Source of the DNA: Mustelus asterias
Taxonomy: Eukaryota
Direction of reading: 5' to 3'
Assembly (NCBI RefSeq): GCF_964213995.1
Contig: NW_027591235.1
Coordinates: 1 to 64,000 of the forward strand
DNA: 64,000 nucleotides
Part shown: positions 45,697 through 58,237 of the stretch, piece after piece
How positions within the stretch are numbered: position 1 is the stretch's first letter
Layout of the letters: every line of letters starts with the position of its first letter
Notes under the pieces: model-generated
What the model saw: the letters and a program-made list of their open reading frames with translations, nothing else
Databases searched by the model: none
What the model was told of the DNA's origin: nothing
Made by a program: the position numbers and the translations under genes

Positions 45697-46040
45697 CAGG
45701 TACATTAGGGAGACCATGCAGATGCTACGACAACGAATGAATGAACACCGCTCGACAATCACCAGGCAGGAGTGTTCCCTTCCAGTCGAGGAACATTTCA
45801 GCAGGCACGGGTATTCAGCCTCTGATCTTTGGGTAAGCGTTCTCCAAGGCAGCCTTCACAACACACAACGCAGAATCGCTGAGCAGAAACTGATAGCCAA
45901 GTTCCACACACATGAGGATGGCCTCAACCGGGATGGCCTCAACCGGGATGGCCTCAACCGGGATGGCCTCAACCGGGATGGCCTCAACACAGTAAGAAGT
46001 CTCAGAACACCAGGTTAAAGTCCAATAAGTTTATTTGGAA
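45697..46040 (+). mobile_element. Penelope-like element fragment (GIY-YIG endonuclease C-terminus) plus inverted terminal fragment
   Basis: YIRET.Q.LRQRMNEH...PVEEHFS..G....L.VSVL....RRIAEQKLIAKF.T...GLN; 15-bp tandem repeat at 45917..45988. Confidence 0.8.
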
Positions 46041-46079
46041 TCAAAGCAAATTACTGCGGATACCGGAATTTGAAAGTAT

Positions 46080-47168
46080 AAGACCATAAGACATAGGAGC
46101 GGAAGTAAGGCCATTCGGCCCATCGAGTCCACTCCACCATTCAATCATGGTTGATTTCAACTCCATTTACCCGCTCTCTCCCCATAGCCCTTAATTCCTC
46201 GAGAAATCAAGAATTTATCAATTTCTGTCTTGAAGACGCTCAACGTCTCGGCTTCCACAGCCCTCTGTGGCAATGAATTCCACAGACCCACCACTCTCTG
46301 GCTGAAGAAATTTCTCCTCATCTCTGTTCTAAAGTGACTCCCTTTTATTCTAAGGCTGTGCCCCCGCGTCCTAGTCTCCCCTGTTAATGGAAACAACTTC
46401 CCTACGTCCATCCTATCTAAGCCGTTCATTATCTTGTAAGTTTCTATCAGATCTCCCCTCAACCTCCTAAACTCCAATGAATATAATCCCACGATCCTCA
46501 GACGTTCATCGTATGTCAGGCCTACCATTCCTGGGATCATCCGTGTGAATCTCCGCTGGACCCGCTCCAGTGCCAGTATGTCCTTCCTGAGGTGTGGGGC
46601 CCAAAATTGCTCACAGTACTCCAAATGGGGCCTAACCAGTGCTTTATAAAGCCTCAGAAGTACATCCCTGCTTTTGTATTCCAAGCCTCTTGAGATAAAT
46701 GACAACATTACATTTGCTTTCTTAATTACGGACTCAACCTGCAAGTTTACCTTTAGAGAATCCTGGACTAGGACTCCCAAGTCCCTTTGCACTTTAGCAT
46801 TATGAATTTTGTCACCGTTTAGAAAATAGTCCATGCCTCTATTCTTTTTTCCAAAGTGTACGACCTCGCACTTGCCCACGTTGAATTTCATCAGCCACTT
46901 CTTGGACCACTCTCCTAAACTGTCTAAATCTTTCTGCAGCCTCCCCACCTCCTCAATACTACCTGCCCCTCCACCTATCTTTGTATCATCGGCAAACTTG
47001 GCCAGAATGCTCCCAGTCCCGTCATCTAGATCGTTAATATATAAAGAGAACAGCTGTGGCCCCAACACTGAACCCTGCGGGACACCACTTGTCACCGGTT
47101 GCCATTCTGAGAAAGAACCTTTTATCCCAACTCTCTGCCTTCTGTCTGACAGCCAATCGTCAATCCAT
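46080..47168 (-). mobile_element. Young 5'-truncated CR1 (open RT C-terminus)
   Basis: Stop-free WLSDRRQRV...GVPQGSVLGP...FADD...WNSLP, with a TCTTATG-repeat tail. Confidence 0.9.
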
Positions 47169-47643
47169 GTTCTGTGGAACATTGTTTCCTCACTTGTTCC
47201 TGTAAAGCAGTAAATCCTCATCCTGAACACTTTCCCTCCTCCCTGTCCTGCAACCAACTCCCACATTAACCAACCATCTCATATTTCAATGGATTGTCCC
47301 ATGACTCCAGTGTGCCAGGCTGCATGGTGTATGGGCGCTGTTTCACCCATAAGATGGATCTGTGCAGCACCCTCTTCCAACTGTTCTGGCTGCCAACCAG
47401 CCCGTGCCCACCCACACAGTTCCAGCAGCACCGCACACAATACTGCTCACCTGCTCCGACAGACTCATGAAGGATGTCCTTTTATTTTCTCTGAGAGAGT
47501 TGGTCAGCCTGGCAAACCCAGTGTGAAATATCTTCACAAATCTTTTCTCCCACCCTCTATTCTGGCTGGGTTCAGTTCTTTTGTACAGAGTGAATATAAA
47601 ATCAATTATTTTCTCTCCTGGTCACTGCAGGGAGCTGCAGCTT

Positions 47644-48425
47644 CTTATTGGGGGTGTTGGGGCCTCCAGCGGGTGTTTGTGAATCCTCCCCGCCCACCTC
47701 CCAGGGTTTCCTTCCTTCCCAGAGATCAGAGTCCTCATTGATTTGAGGCCAAAGTGTAACCTCTTATTTATTGTCCCCCTCCCCCATCCTCTGATGTGAA
47801 CCATCCTCCAGTGGCTGAGCCAGGATGGGGCCGTTAACCTGGGCCTGTTCCCGGGAGGGAGGGAGGGAGAAGCCCCGCAGCTGCAAACCAGGGAGCTGAC
47901 AATGATTCTGAAGGGTTTGCGGATCCACAAAGTGTTTCCAAATCCTCCCAGCCACCGCCTAACGCTGACTCCACTTCTCCGGGACAAACAAGCGCCAAGG
48001 ACAGCAATGACACTGCGCATGCTCCACATCACAATGCCCGGGGACTGATTGACGGCAGCTCCGGACCAATAGGAAGAGGGGGCGGAGCTGGAGGACCGAG
48101 CGGGAGCGGCTGGTCCTCCAACCAATCGGAGTGAATGAGGGGCGGGACTGAAGCATGCGCAGTGCGGGTAATGGCGACCCAAAGACGGTTTTAACTCGGA
48201 AGCGAGATCAATACGAGGTAGAGGGCGGCGTGCGGGGAATGATAAATGTGGCGGGTGGGTGGAGAGCCTTTGTAAACATGTTGTTCAAACCCAAACCCCG
48301 GAAATGAACTTCCTGGTTCCCCCCTTTGTACCCAATGGAGCGGCAGCTTGTAGTGTTAGACCCGGGCTGACTGCCGCCATTGAGGCTGCATGTGGGAGGC
48401 CGGCAGGGATTGTGATCGGAGAGGG
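47644..48425. promoter_or_regulatory. CpG-island promoter module (copy 3) with flanks
   Basis: Matches 4986..5613 directly and 13590..14620 in inverted orientation, without the LTR. Confidence 0.75.
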
Positions 48426-48430
48426 AAGCC

Positions 48431-48600
48431 CTGACGTCACAATGGAATGGGTGAGAGTGTGACGTCACAATGGAATGGGTGAGAGTGTGACGTCACAATG
48501 GAATGGGTGGGAGTGTGACATCACAATGGAATGGGTGAGGGTGTGATGTCACAATAGAATGGGTGAGGGTGTGATGTCACAATGGAATGGGTGAGGGTTT
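48431..48600. repeat. 28-bp minisatellite, 6 copies
   Basis: TGACGTCA, TGACATCA or TGATGTCA at 48432, 48460, 48488, 48516, 48544 and 48572; reverse complement of 13364..13588. Confidence 0.95.
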
Positions 48601-49245
48601 TCCCACGTCGGTGGTGACATTCACGAGGGGTCATAGGTTCAAGGTGAAGGGGGGGAGTTTTAACACGGATACCAGAAGGACATATTTTACACAGAGGGTG
48701 GTGGGGGCCTGGAATGCGCTACCGGGCAAGGTGGTGGAGCGGACACACTGGGAACGTTTAAGACTTATCTAGATAGCCACATGAACGGAGTGGGAATGGA
48801 GGGATACAAAAGAATGGTCTAGTTTGGACCAGGGAGCGGCGTGGGCTTGGAGGGCTGAAGGGCCTGTTCCTGTGCTGCATTGTTCTTTGTTCTTTGGGGA
48901 CAAGTGAATCACTCTGACTATAAAAAGTGTAAGAAAATACTGAAGAGGGAAATCAGGAGGACAAAAAGAGGGTCTGATATGGATCTGGCAGGTAAGATTA
49001 AAGAAAATTCCAAGAGGTTCTATAGCTATATTAAGAGTAAAAGGGTGGCGAGAGAGAGAATAGATCCCCTTAAAAATCAGTATGGCCATCTGTGTGGGTA
49101 GCCGCAGGAGATGGGTGAGATTTTTAATGAATACTTCTCCTCTGTGTTTACTGCGGAGAGCACCATGGGTGCGAAAGAAATAAGGGAAACAAGTGGTGAT
49201 GTCTTGGGCACACGCATGTCACTTGGGAGGAGGTATCTGCAGCCT
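48601..49245 (+). mobile_element. CR1 fragments (a young 3' end to about 48895, then an internal ORF2 piece)
   Basis: FTQRVVGAWNALP with a TTCTTTG tail; then LAGKIKENSKRFYSYIKSK. Confidence 0.8.
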
Positions 49246-49249
49246 TATA

Positions 49250-49434
49250 AAAGCAAATTACTGCGGATGCTGGAATCTGAAACCAAGAGAGAAAATGCTG
49301 GAAAATCTCAGTAGGTCTGGCAGCATCTGTAAGGAGAGAAAAGAGCTGATGTTTCTTGTCTAGATGACCCTTTGTCAAAGCTCTGAAACATCAGTTCTTT
49401 TCTCTCCATGCAGATGCTGCCAGACCTGCTGAGA
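49250..49434. mobile_element. Penelope-derived palindromic element
   Basis: TCTCAGTAGGTCTGGCAGCATCTG ... CAGATGCTGCCAGACCTGCTGAGA inverted arms. Confidence 0.6.
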
Positions 49435-49920
49435 ATGGGGAGAGAGTGTGTGGGGTGGAGATTTACAGCTTTTGGGGAATGAGAGAGGAAAGAATGTTCC
49501 ATAGAAATTGTCTGTTCTGAATTTCTATCCTGTACTGACACTGATGACTTTTGGAAACTCATTTTCCAGGATATTGAAAGAGAAATCACAGACTGAAATC
49601 TCAAACGTCACGTCAAGACGTGACAGAGTCATATTCCTTGGGACCTCAATATCATCAGACTTTGAATCCAGAAGGAGAAATGATTGTCCAGTCTGTCGAT
49701 TTGAAAGGATTTGAAATGTCAGTGTGAGTGAAAAAGCATCAACACACTGCCACACTTGAGTGAGAGTGCTCCAGTGCACTGACTAAAGAGCTTTAACCAG
49801 TTACACAGTCTGAATAAATATCACACCATTCACAGCGGGTAGAGACTGTAATCTTGTTCTGTGTGTGGACGAAGTTTCAACTAATTGTCCACTCAAGAGA
49901 CAGGTAAGGACACCTGCACC

Positions 49921-51099
49921 ATGGAGAAACCATGGAAATGTGCAGACTGTGGGAAGGGATACAGATCCCCATCAGAGCTGGAAACTCATCGGCGCAGCCA
50001 CACTGGGGAGAGACCATTCATCTGCTCTCACTGTCGGGAAGGATTTAATCAGTTATCCCACCTGCAGTCACACCAGCGCGTTCACACTGAGGAGAGGCCA
50101 TTCACCTGCTCGCAGTGTGGGAAGGGATTCATTCAGTTATCCAGCCTGCAGACACACCAGCAAGTTCACACTGGAGAGAGGCCATTTACCTGCTCTCAGT
50201 GTGGGAAGGGATTCACTCGGTCATTCCACCTGCAGAGACACCAGCGAGTTCACACTGGGGAGAGGCCATTCACCTGCTCTCAGTGTGGGAAGAGATTCAC
50301 TCGGTCATCCCACCTGCAGAGACACCAGCGGGTTCACACTGGGGAGAGGCCATTCACCTGTTTTCAGTGTGGGAAGGGATTCACTCAGTCATCCAACCTG
50401 CGGACACACGAACGGGTTCACACTGGGGAGAGACCGTTCACCTGCTCTCAGTGTGGGCAAGAATTCACTCAGTTAGCCGACCTGCAGAGACACCAGCTAC
50501 GTCACACAGGGGAGAGGCCGTTCACCTGCTCTCAGTGTGGGAAGGGATTCACTCAGTCATCCCACCTGCGGATACACCAGCGAGTTCACACTGGGGAGAA
50601 ACCATTCATCTGCTCTCAGTGTGGGCAGGGATTCACTCAGTCATCTGACCTGCGGACACACCAGCGAGTTCACACAGGAGAGAGGCCGTTCACCTGCTCT
50701 CAGTGTGGGAAGGGATTCACTCGGTCAACCCACCTGCAGACACACCAGCGAGTTCACACTGTGGAGAAACCATTCATCTGCTCTCATTGTGGGAAGGGAT
50801 TCACAAACTCATCTGACCTGCTGACACACCAGCGAGTTCACACAGGGGAGAGGCCGTTCACCTGCTCTCAGTGTGGGAAGGGATTCACTCGGTCAACCCA
50901 CCTGCGGACACACCAGCGAGTTCACACTGGGGAGAGGCCATTCACCTGCCCTCAGTGTGGGAAGGGATTCACTCAGTCATCTGACCTGCGGATACACCAG
51001 CGAGTTCACACTGGCGAGAGACCATTCACCTGCTCTGTATGTGGGAAGGGATTCAGAGTTTCATCCCACCTGCTGAGACACCAACAAGTTCACGAGTGA
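49921..51099 (+). CDS. C2H2 zinc-finger protein, 14 fingers
   Basis: Intact 392-aa ORF (14 x 28) from CACCATGG at 49921. Confidence 0.9.
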   Translation: MEKPWKCADCGKGYRSPSELETHRRSHTGERPFICSHCREGFNQLSHLQSHQRVHTEERPFTCSQCGKGFIQLSSLQTHQQVHTGERPFTCSQCGKGFTRSFHLQRHQRVHTGERPFTCSQCGKRFTRSSHLQRHQRVHTGERPFTCFQCGKGFTQSSNLRTHERVHTGERPFTCSQCGQEFTQLADLQRHQLRHTGERPFTCSQCGKGFTQSSHLRIHQRVHTGEKPFICSQCGQGFTQSSDLRTHQRVHTGERPFTCSQCGKGFTRSTHLQTHQRVHTVEKPFICSHCGKGFTNSSDLLTHQRVHTGERPFTCSQCGKGFTRSTHLRTHQRVHTGERPFTCPQCGKGFTQSSDLRIHQRVHTGERPFTCSVCGKGFRVSSHLLRHQQVHE

Positions 51100-51339
51100 T
51101 TCCAGGGGTTGGATTCTGCTGTTATTGTTTCTGCTCTCAGTTACATCCAGGACTGCATTTTGTTCATTCTCACAGTTGGTCAATGGGGAGGGTCAGAGGG
51201 TTTCTTTCTGCTGGACTGGCCGGTCTCAGCCTCCAGTGGGCTGATGCTCTTTGAGTCTTGTTGCGAATACCTGGTTTCAAATGTCACAAGGATCACAGAG
51301 TGACAGGGTGTTAGGAGGTTTCGAGATATTTAGTCAGAA

Positions 51340-52380
51340 GAAAACAGAGGTTGGCAGTGCAAAGGTACATTTCTGAATGGAGGGCTGTGACAAGTGGTGT
51401 TCCTCAGGGATCAGTGCTGGGACTTTTGCTGTTTGTAATATATATAAATGATTTGGAGGAAAATGTAACTGGTTTGATTGGTAAGTTTGTGGACAACACA
51501 AAGGTTGGTGGAATTGCGGATAGCGATGGGGTCCGACAGAGGATACAGCAGGATATAAATCAGTTGGAGACTTGGGCGGAGAGATGGCAGATGAAGTTGA
51601 ATCCAGACAATTGTGAGATAATGATGGGAAATATACAGTAAATGGCAGAACCCTTAAGAGTATTCATAGGCAGAGGGATGTGGGTGTACAGGTACACAGG
51701 TCATTGAAAGTGGCAACGCAGGTGGAGAAGGTAGTCAAGAAGGCACACGGCATGCTTGCCTTCATCAGCCGGGACATTGAGTTTAAAAATTGGCAAGTCA
51801 TGTTGCAACTTTATAGAACCTTAGTTAAACCGCACTTGGAATCTCGTGTTCAATTCTGGTCACCACTGTACCAGAAGGATGTGGAGGCTTTGGAGAGGGT
51901 ACAGAAAATATGTATCAGGATGTTGCCTGGTATGGAGGGCATTAGCTATGAGGAGAGGTTGAAGAAACTTGGTTGGTTCTCAGTGGAACGAAGGAGGTTG
52001 AGGGGGGCGACCTGATAGAAGTCTACAAGATTATGAGGGTCATGGACAGAGTGGATAATCAGAAGCTTTTTCCCAGGGTGGAAGAGTCAGTTACTAGGGG
52101 GCATAGGTTTAAGGTGCGAGGGGCAAGGTTTAAAGGAGATGTACAAGGCAGGTTTTTTACACAGAGGGTGGTGGGTGCCTGGAACTCGTTGCCGGGGACG
52201 GTAGTTGAAGAAGATACGACAGTGACTTTTAAGATGTGTCTTGACAAATATATGAATAGCATAGGAACAGAGGGATATGTTCCCGGAAAGGTCGGGGATT
52301 TTAGTTCAGACGGGCAGCATGGTTGCTGCAGGCTTGGAGGGCCAAAGGGCTTGTTTCTGTGCTGTAATTTTCTTTGTTCT
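51340..52380 (+). mobile_element. 5'-truncated CR1 inserted in the ZNF 3' cassette
   Basis: GVPQGSVLG, YINDL and WNSLP motifs; absent from the paralogous cassettes. Confidence 0.85.
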
Positions 52381-52920
52381 TCATTCTGTTTGGAACACCC
52401 CAAATATCCATCCAATTTCCTTTTTAATTGTTTATTGTCTCTACTTCCTCCACCCTCGTAGGCAGCGAGTTTCAGGTCATTACCATTCGCTGCATCAGAA
52501 TATTCTTCCTCACATCTCCCCCACTCCCCCCCCGCCCCCGGCCCGGTCCCCTTGCATCTTTGACCCAAAACAAGAAATCTGTGTCCCCCCTCGTCCTTGT
52601 CCCTTCAGCTAATGGGAACAGCTTTTCTTTGTCCACCTTATCTAAACCTGTCAGAATCTTGTCCACTTCTATCAAATCTCCCCTCAACCTCCTTTGCTCC
52701 AAGGAGAACAACCCCAGCCTGACATTGACAATAAAGAACAAACTAACAGAATATGTTACTGTCTGAAATCAAATGGGAATGTTTAATTTCTGTTTTAAAG
52801 ATATTGTGAATATATTGTCCTGGACAATAAAGGAATTGGAATAACTCACCTTGGGTGTGGTTGAATGGAATATATCAATCTGATATCCACCAACAGTCCA
52901 GTGAAAGTCTGAAAAATGTA

Positions 52921-55677
52921 CAAAGAACAATACAGCACAGGAACAGGCCCTTCGGCCCTCCAAGCCTGCACTGATCACGTCTTCCTAACTGGACCATCCG
53001 TTTGTATCCCTCTATTCCCAGTCTGTTCATGTGGCTATCTCAATAAGTCTTAAATGATCCTAGCGTGTCTGCCTCAACCACCTTGCTTGGTAGTGCATTC
53101 CAGGCCCCCACCACCCTCTGTGTAAAATACGTCCCCCGCATATCTGTATTGAACCTTGCCCCCTTACCTTGAACTTGTGACCCCTTGTGTTTGTCATTTC
53201 TGACCTGGGAAAAAGCTTCCAACTGTTCACCCTATCTATGCCCTTCATAATTTTACAAACTTCTATAAGGTCGCCCCCTCAACTTCCGTCTTTCCAGGGA
53301 GAACAACCCTAGTTTACTCAATCTCTCCTCATAGCTAATACCCTCCATATTTGGCAACATCCTGGTAAACCTTTTCTGCACTCTCTCCAAAGCCTCCACA
53401 TCCTTCTGGTAGTGCGGCGACCAGAACTGGACACAGTATTCCAAATGTGGCCTAACCAACGTTCTATGTAACTGCAACATCATATGCCAACTTTTATACT
53501 CTATGCCCCATCCAATAAAAGCAAGCATGCCATATGCCTTCTTCGCCCCCCCTTTCCACCTGTGTGCCACCTTTATGGTTCTGTGGACTTGCGCACCCAG
53601 ATCCCTCTGCGTGTCTCTGCTCCTGATGGTTCTGCCATTTATTGTATAGCTCCCCCCTGCATTAGATCTACCAAAATGCATCACTTCGCATTCATCTGGA
53701 ACTCCCACCTACCTGATGAAGGGGCAGCCTGTCCCGAAAGCGAGTGGCTTTTGCTACCAATTAAACCTGTTGGACTTTAACCTGGTGTTGTTAGACTTCT
53801 TACTGTGTTTCCCCCAGTCCAACACCGGCATCTCCACATCTTAAATTCTATCTGCCATTTCTCTGCCCAATTTTCCAGCCTATCTATATCCTGCTGTATT
53901 CTCTGACAGTGTACATCACTATCCGCAACTCCAGCAATCTTTGTGTCGTCCGCAGACTTGCTAATCAGCCCAGCGACATCTTCTTCCAAATCATTTATAT
54001 ATATCACAACAGCAGAGGTCCCGGTACAGAGCCCTGCGGAACACCTGAGTCATGATGTGGAGATGCCGGTGTTGGACTGGGGTAAACACAGTAAGAAGTT
54101 TAACAACACCAGGTTAAAGTCCAACAGGTTTATTTGGTAGCAAATGCCATTAGCTTTCGGAGCGCTGCTCCTTTCGACCACCTGCTCCATCTGACGAAGG
54201 AGCAGCGAACAAACAAAGAACAAAGAACAATACAGCACAGGAACAGGCCCTTCGGCCCTCCAAGCCCACGCCGCTCCCTGGTCCAAACTAGACCATTCTT
54301 TTGTATCCCTCCATTCCCACTCCGTTCATGTGGCTATCTAGATAAGTCTAAACGTTCCCCGTGTGTCCGCCTCCACCACCTTGCCTGGCAGCGCATTCCA
54401 GGCCCCCACCACCCTCTGTGTAAAATATGTCCCTCTGATATCCGTGTTAAACCTCCCCCTCCTCAGCTTGAACCTATGACCCCTCGTGAACGTCACCACC
54501 GATCTGGGAAAAAGCTTCCCACCGTTCACCCTATCTATGCCTTTCATAATTTTATACACCTCTATTAGGTCACCCCTCATCCTCCGTCTTTCCAGTGAGA
54601 ACAACCCCAGTTTACCCAATCTCTCCTCATAACTAAGCCCTTCCATACCAGGCAACATCCTGGTAAACCTCCTCTGCACTCTCTCTAAAGCCTCCACGTC
54701 CTTCTGGTAGTGTGGCGACCAGAACTGGGCGCAGTATTCCAAATGCAGCCGAACCAACTTTCTATACAACCGCAACATCAGACCCCAACTTTTATACTCT
54801 ATGCCCCGTCCTATAAAGGCAAGCATGCCATATGCCTTATTCACTACCTTCTCCACCTGTGACGTCACCTTCAAGGATCTGTGGACTTGCACACCCAGGT
54901 CCCTCTGCGTATCTACACCGTTTATGGTTCTGCCATTTATCGTATTGCTCCCCCCTACGTTAGTTCTACCAAAATGCATCACTTCGCATTTATCAGGAAT
55001 GAACTCCATCTGCCATTTCTTTGCCCAAATTTCCAGCCTATCTATATCCTTCTGTAGCCTCTGACAATGTTCCTCACTGTCTGCGCTCCGAAAGCGAATG
55101 GCATTTGCTACCAAATCAACCTGTTGGACTTTAACCTGGTGTTGTTAAAACTCTTACTGTGAACACCCTAGTCACAGACCTCCAATCAGAAAAAGACCCC
55201 TCCACTGCTACCCTCTGTCTTCTGTGGCGAAGCCAGTTCTGTACCCATCTAGCTAGTTCACCTTTGATCCCGTGAGATTTAACCTTTTGCACCAGCCTGC
55301 CATGAGGGACCTTGTCAAATGCTTTACTAAAATCCATGTAGACGACATCCACGGCCCTTCCCTCGTCAATAATTTTTGTTACCTCCTCAAAAAACTCAAC
55401 CAAATTTCCCTCGTACAAAACCATGTTGTCTATCGCTAATGAGATTATTCAGTTCTAAATGTGTATAGATCCTATCTCTAAGAATCTTCTCCAACAATTT
55501 CCCTACCACGGACGTCAAGCTCACTGGCCTATAATTGCCCGGGTTATCCTTGCTACCCTTCTTAAATAACGGGATCACATTTGCTATCCTCCAATCCTCT
55601 GGGACCTCACCTGTGTCCAATGAAGAAACAAAGATTTCTGTCAGAGGCCCAGCAATTTCATCTCTTGTCTCTCTCAG
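52921..55677 (-). mobile_element. CR1 hosting nested Penelope fragments (53701..53840; 54052..55160) and a younger CR1 (54208..55084)
   Basis: Outer CR1 RT sequence is colinear across all inserts, and the cassette module resumes at about 55680. Confidence 0.85.
54208..55084 (-). mobile_element. Young 5'-truncated CR1 inserted in a hammerhead stem-II loop
   Basis: Open ORF2 C-terminus with a TTCTTTG tail; the flanks rejoin to CTGACGAAGGAGCAGCG|CTCCGAAAGC. Confidence 0.85.
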
Positions 55678-55681
55678 TAAC

Positions 55682-56743
55682 TGGAAGTCCCTTCCTCACA
55701 GCACTGTGGGTGTACGTACACCTTAGGCATTGCAGCAGTTCAAGAAGGCACCCTTGGGGTTGACCATGGCCAAGGCAGCGACATACAGCCACATATTCTG
55801 TTATAATTGAAGGACTGCAGATTGAATGTGAGGCATTGTGGGACTGGAGTATCTTGACCATATTCCTGTGACTGCCCGGAAACTCATGTGTCTATTTTCG
55901 TTTATAATTGAGGATTTCTGGGAATAAGTTAAATGCGGAAATATTGAGTATAGCCTGGAGGAATTTGGAATAACTGAGAATTTTATCCCCAGATAAAGAA
56001 CAAAGATTTTGCTGGTGTTTGGGTGTAACGTGTTTGGGATTTTAAATCAACAAAGATTTGCCTCTAAAATCAGTCCTTGGAAGTTGGCTTAAAAAAGGTT
56101 AAGTTATAATGAAGAATCTTGTATCTTATTTTAATCAAGGAGTTGTGAGCTTGTAGTGCTCTGTCGCTTTAAGAAGCTATAGCTGCGAGAGAGAATGCTG
56201 AGGATTCATTGTTTGAAATTTACGAGCTGTGAGAATCTGTGTGTTTTGTCTGTTTTATGTGGATGTTTGTAGATGTGTTTTATCATTGTTTTGGGCTACA
56301 TTTGTTAAGGTTTATCTTTCTGGAGAATTAACCTTACCTTGAGTCTTTAATTGAAGGCATTTTTGGGAGTTTAAAAACAGGATCACAAGAACGCTTAAGT
56401 AATTAATTTTGGTTATTGTTGTTGTAAAGCACATGCTAAGTTTCTCTGTTTGTGCGTGGATGATATTTGTGGGTTGAACGCTTCAAGCTTTGAGGTTTTC
56501 TGTCTGTGATTTAAATCAAACAGATTTTTAAAAAAGGAAGTGTGATGAATAAAACTTTTGTTGTTCAGAAGTTATGAACCTGGAGCCATATTTACTGTCC
56601 AGAGACAGGATTCCAGGATATTTTACTAAACATGTGGGAATTTTAATCCAGATACAATTCACCCATGTGAGAATGAGAGTTTTAATTTGTAATGGTTATT
56701 TAAAATTTAACACATGTGAAATGATTCTGACCAATCCTGTGTT
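55682..56743 (+). repeat. Left arm of a long inverted repeat (right arm 60819..62780)
   Basis: For example, GCTTTAAGAAGCTATAGCTGCGAGAGAGAATGCTGAGG (about 56165) is the reverse complement of about 61350..61388. Confidence 0.85.
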
Positions 56744-57272
56744 GGATTGATCTTGGGTTAAACTTCCTGTCAGGTCCAAAGATTTATTCCTGACGCAAGT
56801 AACACAAAGAAAAGGAAAATTCTGGAATTGGATACTGAAGAAAAGAGTTTACAAAGAGAGAGTATTAAATAGAAATGTTCCCAGATCATGTGGTCATTCG
56901 ATTAAAACAAAGGAAGAGTGCTGACGTCCATGAGAACTTTTAATCCACCCCATTTCTAACTAAGGGAGTCTAAGTACAAAGAAAGCCCAAGAAAGACCCC
57001 CCCAAGGGGGGTCTGGAAAGCATCATGATGAGGGCACCTGTCCATGAGATGATCACAAAGCCCCATAATGCCCAGATACTAATTTTATTGAACCTATGAT
57101 GTATGTAATCTATCACCATTCTGATTGGATTGTGTCCAGCCGGGATGGGCTGAGTAACTGGATAAGAATTGATGATATTCTTTGTTGGGTGGAGTTACAC
57201 ATGGTCAGCCCCTGTGGCTTCTCCCCGCTGGCCCAGCTCAATAAACTGTTTGTCGATTGAATCAGGCACAAC

Positions 57273-57754
57273 ACACTGGGAAGAGATACAAAGTGCCCTC
57301 TCCACTGGAAGCTCATCGGCACAGCCACACTGGGGAGAGGCCGTTCACCTGCTGGGTCTGTGGGAAGGGATTCACTGATTCATCCACTCTGCAGAGACAC
57401 CAGCAAGTTCACACTGGTGAGAGTGCATTCACCTGCTGTCAGTGTTGGAAGGGATTTACTCGGATATCAAACCTGCAGACACACCAGTGAGATCACACAG
57501 GGGAGAGACCATACAGCTGCTTTCAGTGTGGGAAGGGATTTACTTGGATATGAAGCCTGCAGACACACCAGTGAGATCACACTGGGGAGAGACCATACAG
57601 CTGCTTTCAGTGTGGGAAGGGATTCAGTAAGTCATCCAACCGACAGAAACACCAGCGAGTTCACACTGGGGAGAGGCCATTCACCTGTTCTCAGTGTGGG
57701 AAGGGACTTTGTAATTCATCCACCCTGCTGAGACACCAGCGAGTTCACAAGTGA
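57273..57754 (+). pseudogene. 5'-truncated C2H2 pseudogene, paralog of 22048..22890
   Basis: [12 protein letters not shown]...[23 protein letters not shown] matches the 22048 gene; several in-frame TGA stops. Confidence 0.85.
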
Positions 57755-58237
57755 ATATGGGCATTAGAGTCTGCTGTTATTGTTTCTGCTCTCAATTACA
57801 TCCAGGACTGCATTTTGTTCATTCTCACAGTTGGTCAATGGGGAGGGTCGGAGGGTTTCTTTCTGCTGGACTGGCCGGTCTCATGACTTTGCCTCCAGTG
57901 GGCTGATGCTCTTTGAGTCTTGTTGCAAATACCTGATTTCAAATTTCACAAGAATGACAGAGTGACAGGGTGTGAGGAAGTTCAGAGATATTTAGTCAGC
58001 TGTCACCTCATTTACCTCGTCTATACTTCCCCTTTACCAGAATGTTCCATACCCGAATGTATGCATTCCTTTAAACTGCACTTTCCGGAGTTCTGGAGAA
58101 TCTTTTAAAACATGAAATATACTCATAATATCTTTAAAAAGAAACCGAACATTTCACAGTAACTTCATTGCAGTGTTAATGCAAGTCTAGTTGTGACACT
58201 AATAAATAAACTTTAAAAACTTTAAGAATATTTGAAG

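Noticed and set aside
50251-50287. CACACTG-N23-CAGTGTG in many ZNF repeats, resembling paired RSS heptamers (same heptamer as the V gene)
   Set aside because: It follows from the codons for H-T-G and Q-C-G, and there is no ACAAAAACC-like nonamer at 12 or 23 nt. At most these are cryptic heptamers.
55658-55861. Repeated small ORF (..QSHNASHSICSPSIITEYVAVC..)
   Set aside because: It is part of the duplicated downstream module, partly antisense to a LINE 3' relic, and the frame is not preserved in all copies.
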